From an uncultured archaeon (GTDB lineage: Archaea; Asgardarchaeota; Lokiarchaeia; Sigyniarchaeales; SOKP01), in assembly GCA_964583985.1 (NCBI GenBank), contig CAZOYD010000038.1, positions 1 to 35,137 of the forward strand: 35,137 nt of DNA. Reading direction: 5' to 3'. A model generated the notes under the pieces. The model worked only from the letters and a program-made list of their open reading frames with translations. It did no database searches and was not told the DNA's origin. This document shows, in pieces, positions 1 through 9,045 of this stretch (position 1 is its first letter; each line of letters starts with the position of its first letter). The translations under genes and the position numbers were made by a program.

Positions 1-3000
1 GGAAGCTCAAGAATGCGTTTTGCCTCCTCTTCTAAATCTACATTGAATATATCAGTGATCCCGGATTGTTGCATAGATACACCATAGATGCGATCTGCAT
101 TGACTATATTTTCTTCTCTATGACTGATGACCATGAATTGAGCTTGACGTGCAAACTCTTTTATGACTGTCGAAACCCTGTGAACATTAGGACCATCAAG
201 AGCTGCATCAATCTCATCTAAAACGTAAAAAGGTGCGGGGTAAAACTCCTGGACCGCGAAAATGAACGCAAGAGCAACAAGTGTTTTTTCACCTCCACTG
301 AGAATTTCAAGGCTACTGATTTTTTTACCTCGTGGTCGTGCTTCGATGGAGACTCCCCCCTCAAAAGGTTTATCCGGGCGATCTAATATCATTTTGGATG
401 ATCCACCAGGACTAAGTTGTTGGAATATGCGACTGAATTCCCTGTTGATCTCATGATATGCTTTCATAAAGGTCCGAGTCTTTTCAAGTTCAATTTTGTC
501 GATCGCATCTAGAATTGCTTTGCGTTCGCGTTGAATTGTTTGTCTTCGCATATCTATTTCATCAAACCGTTCTTTAACTGCATCAAATTGTTCAATAGCT
601 TTTAAATTAACGGGTTCGAGCGCAAGTTTTTTCTTTTCAGTTTCCATAATATCTGATTGGAGTCCTGCTTCTGAGAGCTCATCAGTAACCGAAGGTAAAG
701 CACCATAATCTTTAGATCTATGATATAGGGTTTCAATCTGATCAGTAGTCATAATTTTTTTTGATTCAAAATTATTTAATTTGGATTTCTCCATTGATAG
801 ATCAGATTTGAGTTCATTCAATGCTTTTTGGTATCCTTTTTGTTTTTTCCAAGATTCATCTTTTTCTTTAATTTGTGTGTCTAAATCTTGTTGTTTAAGG
901 ATTTTCTTCTCATTTTCGCTTTCGAGATCTTTGTTGATTCCTTCAATCTCAATTAAAGTTTTTTGAATTTGTATTTCAGTATCCTCGATATCCTTGTTAA
1001 TATTGAATATCTGTTGTTCGCGTTCTTTATTTTTATAGAGTTCATTTAATTTTTTTTGGATTTTTTGAAGATCTTTGTTAAATTTGTTAAGTGATAGCTG
1101 AGCTTCTTTTTGCACCTCAAGCTCTTTAGTTTTTTCTTCTCTAAAAGCATTTATTTCTTGTTGTATCTTATTAACGTTTTTTTGAATAACTTCGATTTCA
1201 GTATTGGCATTTTCTATTGCTCCCAAGCAAGTTTTAATATTAATCTCAGATTCTTCATTCTCTTTGGTCAATTCTTCAATAGAATTAATGATCATCATAA
1301 TATTTTCTAGAGATCTTAACCTATCGATTGTTTCTTCGAGTTTTTTATTTTCTTCATCAATTTTGGCATTAAGTTCTTCAGTGTTTTCCCAAAACTTATC
1401 TTTAGATTTTGTTAATTGCTCCATGTTAGAATCGAAAGCGTGTTGTTCTTCTTGTTTACTAATAATTCCTTTTTCAGTATTTATTATTACCTCTTTCTTT
1501 TCTGCATTAATTGTATTTATTTCCAATATGTTTTTATCGATTTCTATAATCGAACCAATCAAATTTTCGATTCCCTTAAGTTCTTGCAATTTGTTCTGAA
1601 GATCATCCATTTCTTTTTGCTTTTCTTCGATCTGAGATTGTAAAATCGAATTTTTTTCCCAATAACTTTCACGAGATGCTTTTAAAGCATTAATTTCATC
1701 TATAAAGGTTTTTTCTTGTTTTTTATTAATCTGTTCAGTTCTTTGCCCAATTTCCTCGTTATATAGATTTAAATTATCATTTAATTCTTGTATACGTTTA
1801 TTAACAACATCTAATCGTTGACAAGATACTGCATTTGATTCTGAATCATGCTTGTTTTGAATGGTTAACTCGGTTACTTTCATTTCAATCTCGTTTAAAT
1901 CTTCTGTCTGAGTATTAATATTTTCAGAAATTTCTTCTAATTGTTTATATAATTCTTGACTCTTTGACATTGTGAGTTTTCGTAAAGATAAATGAACGTT
2001 TTCGAGAATTTCCATTAAATCTTGGATAAGAGTATCAATAGTTGAGGTTGATTGCTGAATTTCAATATCTGCGGATTCTTTTACCTTACTAATTAATTGC
2101 TCAATAGTTAGATCAACATTATTAGTGAATAAATTAAGTGTTTGAAGAATTGAATGAAGTGTTGTGGATGTAGGTTTAGGTTCTTTATCTCCCTCTTCTT
2201 CAAGATAATCCATAGTTTTTATGATATCAATGATATCCAAGACGAATTTTCTAAAGTCTTCTGCTGATGTATCAATAGCTTCTGCATTTGATTGTTGTAT
2301 ATTGCTTTTTATTGATTCCACTGATATATTAATATTTTGGGTTAACATACTTAAAATTTGAAGAATTCCTGAGATATCTTCAGTGTTGCTTTCATACTCT
2401 TTTTCTGTGATCTCTATCTTTTTTAGAAGAGAATCTTTTTCTTTGACTAATTCTCCAATCCGTCTTTGAATATTTTCTTTTTTTAAATTATAATTCTCAA
2501 GCTCTTTATCAATTTTTGTAAGACTACTTCCAAGGGAAGAAATTTTCAACTCAATATCACGTTTTTCACGCTCTAAGCTAGTAAGTTCTTTATTATTGAT
2601 TTTTAATTTTGTATTTAAATTTTCAATCTTTGCCTTATTATCCAAAATTGTGGTTTCAATAGAGCTTTGTTTCATGACCATCAATTCTAAATCTTGCTCA
2701 TTCTTTCTAAAATTAGATTCTTGCTCTTTTGCTTTCTCTTTTAATCCACTTAAATCTTTTAATATCGTATCTTTTTGTTTTAATAATTCTTTTAGAGCTT
2801 CTTCAGAATCCTTCCCCTTACTTAATTCTTTTATCTTATTTTCAATAGAACTTTTTTGTGAGTTTAATTTTTCAATTCTATTCGCATTCATTTTAATTTC
2901 AGTGTTCACGGAGGAGAGGAAAGATTGCATCTCTGCGAGTTTTGTATTTAATATGTTTTTCTCTTCTTGAATCTGAGCGATTTGATTCTCTAATTCTTTT

Positions 3001-4421
3001 TGCTTTTTCTTTTCCTCATTTATATTAGCTTTCATTCTATTAATATTATCTCTTATCTCTGTTTCCTGTTTTTTAATCAATTTCATCGCATCATCTATAT
3101 TTTCAGCATCTCCTTTAATGCGATTTAATTCTGATATCAATTTTTCCTTTTTGTCTTTGTTTTTTTGTATGGTTTCCTTAAGAAGAGTTATTTGTGTGTT
3201 GTTTGAAGAGGTTTTTTGTTTAATTTTTGAAATTTCAGCTTCGTGAGTGGATTTTTCCTCATTTTTATCTTTAATTTTTACATCAAATTCTGCTTGGTTT
3301 TGTTGTTTTTCTTCGATCTCTTTTTTTAAATCTTCTATATTATTTTCTTTATCTAAAATTTCACTAGTCATTTCTTCGATTAATGAGTCAAAAGTTTGGT
3401 TTTCTTGCAACTCCATTTGGTTACTTTCTAATGTTTTAATTTCCTGGCTCAATTTCTCTATAGATTTTTGGGCGATATTTAAAGTTGTTTGATTTGAAGA
3501 TAAATCCGTTTTTAATTTAGTTATCGCTTCATTTATTGTTTCTTTTTCTTTTTCCTTCTCAACAATGGTCTTCTGAATATTATCCATCACAAGTGATTCT
3601 TGTTTTAGAGCATCTTCTTGTAAATTAATTTTTTCATTGATTTCTTCAATCACTTTATTAGTGTCTTCAATTTTTATTTCCAATTGTGATTCTTCTTCAC
3701 GTAATTTTGATATTTTTAAAGCAATCAACTGCGCATTAAATAACTTGATTTTTTCATCAAATTCCTTCCAGGTAAGGGCATCATTCTTTTCTTTTTCTAC
3801 TTTTTTCAATTGTGCAGAGACTTCTTTAAATATTGCTTCAAATTGACCCAAATCTCTTTCAGCCTTTTCTAATTCTTTCATTGTAGAATCTTTCATTTCA
3901 TCATATTTTTGTAATCCAATGAGTTCTTCTATAAATAACCGGCGATCTTCAGCATTCATATGGGTTAATTCTACTATCTTACCTTGGAGTACAAACTGGT
4001 TGCTTCCATCTGGATCAATATTAGCCGCTGCGAGAGCGTTTAGTATCTGTTGACGCGTTGCTTTCTTTTCATTCATTTTATAGCCTCCTCCGCCACCCTT
4101 TTTAATAACTCGTGTTATATCAAAAGTCTCTCCACCACCCGGAAAAATATTCTCGGAATTATCAAAATGTAAGGTAACAGAAGCTCTTTGTGAAGGATTT
4201 TTCCCTCTAGATCCCGCAAAAATTAAATCTTCTAAACTTTTTGCTCTCATTGTCTTCTTACTTAATCTTCCAAGAGCAAAACATAATGCATCGATAATAT
4301 TAGATTTACCCGCACCATTTGGACCTACAATACAAGTGAATCCGCTCGAAAGTCTTATAGTTACTGTTCTTTCACCAAAAGATTTAAAACCCGTCATTGA
4401 AATTTTTTTAATATATGTCAA
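1..4421 (-). CDS. smc: SMC-family chromosome segregation ATPase (>=1473 aa, 3' end runs off the window; non-canonical apex)
   Basis: Absent from the ORF track, presumably because no stop lies in the window. Manual translation from TTG at 4421 (GGAGA upstream): MTYIKKISMTGFKSFG...IVGPNGAGKSNIIDA (Walker A). C-terminal head: LSGGEKTLVALAFIFA..PAPFYVLDEIDAALD..FMVISH (signature, Walker B, D-loop, H-switch). Start, middle and end are in the same frame, with a long E/K-rich coiled coil between. Not every codon was checked for stops. Confidence 0.93.
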   Translation of the reverse strand, partial: MTYIKKISMTGFKSFGERTVTIRLSSGFTCIVGPNGAGKSNIIDALCFALGRLSKKTMRAKSLEDLIFAGSRGKNPSQRASVTLHFDNSENIFPGGGETFDITRVIKKGGGGGYKMNEKKATRQQILNALAAANIDPDGSNQFVLQGKIVELTHMNAEDRRLFIEELIGLQKYDEMKDSTMKELEKAERDLGQFEAIFKEVSAQLKKVEKEKNDALTWKEFDEKIKLFNAQLIALKISKLREEESQLEIKIEDTNKVIEEINEKINLQEDALKQESLVMDNIQKTIVEKEKEKETINEAITKLKTDLSSNQTTLNIAQKSIEKLSQEIKTLESNQMELQENQTFDSLIEEMTSEILDKENNIEDLKKEIEEKQQNQAEFDVKIKDKNEEKSTHEAEISKIKQKTSSNNTQITLLKETIQKNKDKKEKLISELNRIKGDAENIDDAMKLIKKQETEIRDNINRMKANINEEKKKQKELENQIAQIQEEKNILNTKLAEMQSFLSSVNTEIKMNANRIEKLNSQKSSIENKIKELSKGKDSEEALKELLKQKDTILKDLSGLKEKAKEQESNFRKNEQDLELMVMKQSSIETTILDNKAKIENLNTKLKINNKELTSLEREKRDIELKISSLGSSLTKIDKELENYNLKKENIQRRIGELVKEKDSLLKKIEITEKEYESNTEDISGILQILSMLTQNINISVESIKSNIQQSNAEAIDTSAEDFRKFVLDIIDIIKTMDYLEEEGDKEPKPTSTTLHSILQTLNLFTNNVDLTIEQLISKVKESADIEIQQSTSTIDTLIQDLMEILENVHLSLRKLTMSKSQELYKQLEEISENINTQTEDLNEIEMKVTELTIQNKHDSESNAVSCQRLDVVNKRIQELNDNLNLYNEEIGQRTEQINKKQEKTFIDEINALKASRESYWEKNSILQSQIEEKQKEMDDLQNKLQELKGIENLIGSIIEIDKNILEINTINAEKKEVIINTEKGIISKQEEQHAFDSNMEQLTKSKDKFWENTEELNAKIDEENKKLEETIDRLRSLENIMMIINSIEELTKENEESEINIKTCLGAIENANTEIEVIQKNVNKIQQEINAFREEKTKELEVQKEAQLSLNKFNKDLQKIQKKLNELYKNKEREQQIFNINKDIEDTEIQIQKTLIEIEGINKDLESENEKKILKQQDLDTQIKEKDESWKKQKGYQKALNELKSDLSMEKSKLNNFESKKIMTTDQIETLYHRSKDYGALPSVTDELSEAGLQSDIMETEKKKLALEPVNLKAIEQFDAVKERFDEIDMRRQTIQRERKAILDAIDKIELEKTRTFMKAYHEINREFSRIFQQLSPGGSSKMILDRPDKPFEGGVSIEARPRGKKISSLEILSGGEKTLVALAFIFAVQEFYPAPFYVLDEIDAALDGPNVHRVSTVIKEFARQAQFMVISHREENIVNADRIYGVSMQQSGITDIFNVDLEEEAKRILEL

Positions 4422-4543
4422 AGAAAAATCTCCTTATAAATCAATTCTTTCTTAAAATAATGAGTAATTCCATCTATATATATACACAGCAATCAAAAAA
4501 TAAAATTGTGCTCTGTATAAATGTTAACAAGATGAAAAAAAAT

Positions 4544-5704
4544 TTAAATTTTAGTAAATATAGCATCTACGATTGCTTTTAGCTGTTTTGGAGGAATTAT
4601 TATAAAATAACGATTGTTTTCGAATACAATCTTCTTAGAAATACTTAAAATTCCGACATTTTGAAACATATTTATTAAACTTTCAAATTCTTCTATGGAA
4701 AGCTCATATTCAAGAGATTCACATGATAATTGATATAATTCTTTTAATTCTTGAAGATTTATATAATATCTCGTGTTTTTTAAAAAGAAATTTGATAAAT
4801 TATCTAAAAAGATTATGCTGAGCAAATCTTCTTCAGAAATATAAGTGATTAAGCTATATTCATCAGAAATTTGTAATGGATCAAATTGGTTTTGAATTAT
4901 CTCATACAATCCATAATCTTTATAATCCCTATTTGAATTTAATAAGAGATACAGTTCTCTTAAGATATCAATTCCTTTTCCAGGCACTGGTACATAATGT
5001 TCGAAAATTAAATCAGTTATGAATTCTACTAAATCTGTTTCTAAACTTACTATATATGCCAATGCAATCCTTTGATGAAGAATTTCACATAATTGAGTAT
5101 AAGAAAAATAATTCAAGCGTATTTTCAAGTCAAAACAACTGAACAAATCATAATTTGTAGGTTTTAGAACTTTATTAATAGTAGAGAGAAAAATCATATT
5201 TTTTTCCTTCCCAAAATGAAGAAATTTCTGAAAAATTTCAGGATTTAAATGTTCAACGTTATTGAATGATATAATAAGATTGTAGTTTATTTTATGACAA
5301 GCAAGCTTGAAAAGATTCCATAACTCTTTTAAATTAGAATTTAAAACTTGTTGAAAATCCATTTTAAAATCATACACTCTATTGATTTCACTTAATAATG
5401 AAATAAGAAGCCCTTCGAGTTTAACGTCTTTACAATCGACCTTAATTTTATAAACTTGTGAATTTGAATAATCTTTATTATGTAAATCATTAAGAACTTT
5501 GTTGACAATTACTTTTTTTCCTATCCCTTCTACTCCTTGATATAATATATTAATGCCGAAATTATCAACCAACGCATCATTCATTACTGATAAAAGTGAA
5601 TACTCTTCTTTTTGGCGGTGTAAAATTTTAGGAGGAATAAAGTTTTGATCGAAGATTGCCCTTGGACCAACATAATTTTCGCAAGAGTTTGCTTTAGTCA
5701 TCAT
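4544..5704 (-). CDS. Cdc6/Orc1-family AAA+ protein, divergent (degenerate Walker A/B)
   Basis: N-terminal FDQNFIPPKILHRQKE resembles the Cdc6 F.P.Y.P..L.HRE motif; P-loop LYQGVEGIGKK; 'YFSYTQLCEILHQRI' resembles the Cdc6 'PY...QL..IL..R' motif; C-terminal winged helix. Confidence 0.75.
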   Translation of the reverse strand: MMTKANSCENYVGPRAIFDQNFIPPKILHRQKEEYSLLSVMNDALVDNFGINILYQGVEGIGKKVIVNKVLNDLHNKDYSNSQVYKIKVDCKDVKLEGLLISLLSEINRVYDFKMDFQQVLNSNLKELWNLFKLACHKINYNLIISFNNVEHLNPEIFQKFLHFGKEKNMIFLSTINKVLKPTNYDLFSCFDLKIRLNYFSYTQLCEILHQRIALAYIVSLETDLVEFITDLIFEHYVPVPGKGIDILRELYLLLNSNRDYKDYGLYEIIQNQFDPLQISDEYSLITYISEEDLLSIIFLDNLSNFFLKNTRYYINLQELKELYQLSCESLEYELSIEEFESLINMFQNVGILSISKKIVFENNRYFIIIPPKQLKAIVDAIFTKI

Positions 5705-5807
5705 TTTTATTCAATTTTTTTTAATTTATATTTAATTTTGATCAAGGTATTTAAACCCCCATGCAGAGTGAGAGAGGTTATTGAAAGTAAAAATAAAAAA
5801 TATAAAA

Positions 5808-6626
5808 TTAGTTAATTAAGTGCTTGACTTTAATCTCGTTCTTCTTAATTACTTGATTAAATCTTAACTTTCGGAGCTTCTCTGTGAATGGTAGATTTAT
5901 TTCATCATAGGCATATCCATGAGAGTTAAATGGGCCCTCAATCACTTTAAGCCGAGAAGGACTTATATAACCCTCCTTAAAAGAGATAATTTTACTCTTA
6001 CCCACAAACTTATGATTAAATATTTTTCCAAGAGTATTACATGCTGCAATAGGAATTCGATTTTCTAAGGCCCTTGCTTTTAAGTAAATTTCCCAGTTAT
6101 CCATTCCTCCTTCTCTAATTTGAGTCGGGGAAAAAAGAATTTGCGCTCCATTTTCAGCAGCTAATCGGGGTGTTTCAAAAAATGCAATGTCAAAACAAAT
6201 ACAAATGGCAAATGAAAAGTTTTTCTCTTGAAAAATAACTAGCTCATTACCTTTCTCAAACATTTCTTTCTCATAAGCATATAAATGAATTTTATCTTGC
6301 CTACCAACTTCTTCTCCTTGATTATTTAAGTAATAACTAGTTATGAAAGCTTTTTGTAAAGGAGTTCTTTTTTCCCAGATAGCTCCAGCAATTATATTTA
6401 AACCGTAATCTTTAGCCAAATTTTTTATAAAATGATAAGCTTCTCCTCTTTCAGGGTGTATCATTTTCGCAATATCTTGAGAAAATGGAAGCCATCTCTC
6501 AGGTAAACAAATTATATCGCAATCATTATAATTATTGAGTAATGATTTTAAGAGATTTTCAATTTCTTTATAACAACTAGTTTGGGTTTGAAGAACTTCA
6601 GGTTGGAGACAACAAATTTTCAACAT
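5808..6626 (-). CDS. carbon-nitrogen hydrolase (nitrilase superfamily)
   Basis: E-K-C triad motifs: ICLPERW, QDKIHLY, ICICFDIAF; also 'ARALEN'. Confidence 0.92.
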   Translation of the reverse strand: MLKICCLQPEVLQTQTSCYKEIENLLKSLLNNYNDCDIICLPERWLPFSQDIAKMIHPERGEAYHFIKNLAKDYGLNIIAGAIWEKRTPLQKAFITSYYLNNQGEEVGRQDKIHLYAYEKEMFEKGNELVIFQEKNFSFAICICFDIAFFETPRLAAENGAQILFSPTQIREGGMDNWEIYLKARALENRIPIAACNTLGKIFNHKFVGKSKIISFKEGYISPSRLKVIEGPFNSHGYAYDEINLPFTEKLRKLRFNQVIKKNEIKVKHLIN

Positions 6627-7375
6627 TTTTTATTTGAAATATTACTATTTATTTTTTCAATTATTGGAAAAATTTCATTCAAATTTTTAATTTCATAATC
6701 TGGTTTCAAATCAGCAGAAATATTAGGTTCAATATTTTTTATATCATATTTTCCTCCGCGATGGATGAAAACACTATGAATATTATTTTGATTAGCAGGA
6801 AAGATATCCTTATAAATATTATCACCAACATAAATTGTTTCCACGCCTATTACACCAAATTTTTTTAAATAGTAAGAGAAAAGCTTTGGATTAGGTTTTC
6901 TAATTCCAATCTCATCAGAAATAACAATTGCGTCAACAAGTTTGTTAATTTTTAATCTTAAAATTTTTTCATATTGCTTTATTGGTATTCCATCGCTAAT
7001 TATTACAGATTTAATTCCAATTTTTTTTAATTTTTTTAAACACGGTTCCACATCATTATAAAGAGCAATTGAATCAATTTTTTCTTTATGATATGCCATT
7101 ACTGCTGCAGCAATATACATAAATTGTTTATTCAAAGATATTGGAAGAATTTTTAGCTCATTTAACCTTCTAATAAAATAATTATAATGTTGTGATGAAT
7201 TTGAGCCATATTCATTAACGATTTCATGGATGAGAGTTATTGCCATATCCCGATCAATATTTAATCCCAAATTAATCATTGCATCTATCCCTTTAATTCT
7301 AGCCGCCTCTGACAATCCTGTTGAATCAAAAAGGCAATCATCAAGGTCGAATCCAATTAATTTTATCGAAGTCAT
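6620..7375 (-). CDS. HAD-superfamily hydrolase (subfamily IA)
   Basis: Motif I FDLDDCL, motif II IISDG, motif III KPNP, motif IV YVGDNIYKDI. Overlaps the nitrilase start by 7 nt. Confidence 0.92.
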   Translation of the reverse strand: MTSIKLIGFDLDDCLFDSTGLSEAARIKGIDAMINLGLNIDRDMAITLIHEIVNEYGSNSSQHYNYFIRRLNELKILPISLNKQFMYIAAAVMAYHKEKIDSIALYNDVEPCLKKLKKIGIKSVIISDGIPIKQYEKILRLKINKLVDAIVISDEIGIRKPNPKLFSYYLKKFGVIGVETIYVGDNIYKDIFPANQNNIHSVFIHRGGKYDIKNIEPNISADLKPDYEIKNLNEIFPIIEKINSNISNKKC

Positions 7376-7537
7376 AATTTTTTCAATAATTTAATTAGCC
7401 ATTTACTTAAGATAGAAGATTTCTTAGGTTAAATTTATTTATCTTTAACTATATATAATTTTTAATGTAACATTACATCGTAACCGTCAAAAAATCACAT
7501 ACTCCCTTATTTTGAGTATTCCTAGGAGAGAGCATTC

Positions 7538-8953
7538 TTGAAGACTATTGTAGCTTTATCATACTTTCATCGAAAAATAGGACCATTAGTTTTCTATTCG
7601 TATCCAGAGCATGAACTAGATGAACAATTATCTACTCGAATCGCAAACATAATGGATCAAACAGTTAGTGAAGGATTTTTCACTCATTCGTTTGAAAATA
7701 AAATTTCAATGAATTATTACTTTGAAGTTCATTCTGATTGGGCAAGAGGTAATAAAGAAATGTTAATGGTCTCAAGTGTTTTTTACCGACAGTTAACTCC
7801 TGAAATAGAACAAAATGTTATAAATTTATGCACAGAATTCTCTGAAAAACTCCAATCAAATGAAGAAATATATACCGCGTTTTATATCAATGATATCAAC
7901 AATATGGAAGACCAAGAACGAGAAATTATATATAAGAATAATTCACTTGTTAGATTGTGGGTAAAGGAGCTATATTGGGCAACTATTGAAGATACACGTG
8001 AGAAGAGTGAAGAAGAGAAAATTGCTACCTTGCTTAATAAGAAACATATTTTTTTAACGTTAAAGAAGTTATCTAAAGGGCCTATCTCTCTTGAAGAATT
8101 GAATGAATGGTTTAATGGACAATTCTCAAAAATAAGTTTTGCTCAATTACTAGATCTTCTAGGAGAAAGACAATTAATCTTTATTAACCAAATTGGATTT
8201 GTAGAAAAGTATGTTCTTTTATTAAAAGAAGTTAATGCTGAAAGAATACCCCCAGACAGCGTTATTGAGTATTTGGAAGAATCTCCTGAAGATGTTGAGA
8301 GCGATATTATTGATATTTTGCTTCCAAAAGTCCAAGATTATTTCAGTAAATATGAAAACAAGACAGAAGAAGAATTAGAGGAGGATTCGTTCATTTTATT
8401 TCAAATTGTATCCGATTCGAAAAAATATAACGTATTATCCGAATTGAGAAATGGGTTGATACCTAAAGACAAATTACCGAGATTAGTATCAAAACGTACA
8501 TTAGAATATTTAACCACTTCCTTGGATTTTTTAAAAAAACACGATGTTATAGAAGAAATAAAATACAAAAATGAGAGATATACCGCATTAAAGACTAATA
8601 TACAAATAACAACCGCATTTCCCGAATACCTAAGAAAATTATTGCCAAAAGAATCAAAGCCAGTTGTTGCAGAAAAGTATGAACCAAAACAAATAAATAC
8701 TGTTGATGAAAATAATTCCTTTGATCACTTGAAATATCTTATTGGTAATATGGGGATAGATGTTTTACTGGCAGTTGAAAAGGGAGCAAGTAATTTTGAA
8801 ACAATTGAAATAATATCTGGAGTTCCAATTGCTTGCATAAAAGGGAGGCTTCCAGTGCTAATTGATTTTAATCTCGTGAAAAAGGATACTTCCGGTTATA
8901 TCATAACCCAATTTGGTATAAATTTCATTAAAAGTTTAGAAAAAAAATCATAA
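7538..8953 (+). CDS. longin/uDENN-like N-terminal domain plus tandem winged-helix domains
   Basis: N-terminus IVALSYFHRKIGPLVFYSYP matches the uDENN/NPRL2-type 'F.....GP.....P' pattern; three wHTH-like segments follow. TTG start preceded by AGGAG. Confidence 0.6.
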   Translation: MKTIVALSYFHRKIGPLVFYSYPEHELDEQLSTRIANIMDQTVSEGFFTHSFENKISMNYYFEVHSDWARGNKEMLMVSSVFYRQLTPEIEQNVINLCTEFSEKLQSNEEIYTAFYINDINNMEDQEREIIYKNNSLVRLWVKELYWATIEDTREKSEEEKIATLLNKKHIFLTLKKLSKGPISLEELNEWFNGQFSKISFAQLLDLLGERQLIFINQIGFVEKYVLLLKEVNAERIPPDSVIEYLEESPEDVESDIIDILLPKVQDYFSKYENKTEEELEEDSFILFQIVSDSKKYNVLSELRNGLIPKDKLPRLVSKRTLEYLTTSLDFLKKHDVIEEIKYKNERYTALKTNIQITTAFPEYLRKLLPKESKPVVAEKYEPKQINTVDENNSFDHLKYLIGNMGIDVLLAVEKGASNFETIEIISGVPIACIKGRLPVLIDFNLVKKDTSGYIITQFGINFIKSLEKKS

Positions 8954-8955
8954 AC

Positions 8956-9042
8956 TTAATTTAAATTTCAGATTGGGGCGACATAATCATCGCTATGAGC
9001 AATAGCTCTAATTGTCATAAGATCATCATTAATTTAAATTAA
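8956..9042 (-). ncRNA. box C/D guide sRNA (predicted 23S rRNA Gm2251 guide)
   Basis: Minus strand: 12-bp terminal stem UUAAUUUAAAUU/AAUUUAAAUUAA, box C AUGAUGA (9029-9023), C'-like CGAUGA, D guide UUAUGUCGCCCCAAU, box D CUGA (8971-8968). Confidence 0.8.
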
Positions 9043-9045
9043 AGT

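Noticed and set aside
262-3846. Eight + strand ORFs (61-131 aa) in the supplied track
   Set aside because: F/S/L/I-rich antisense shadows of the E/K-rich SMC gene on the minus strand.
5740-5800. G-string and weak hairpin (AACCTCT...GGGGGTT) upstream of the Cdc6-like gene as a replication origin (ORB)
   Set aside because: Single copy, no TCCA..GAAA ORB core, only about 100 nt of intergenic space, and the neighbouring Cdc6 is degenerate.
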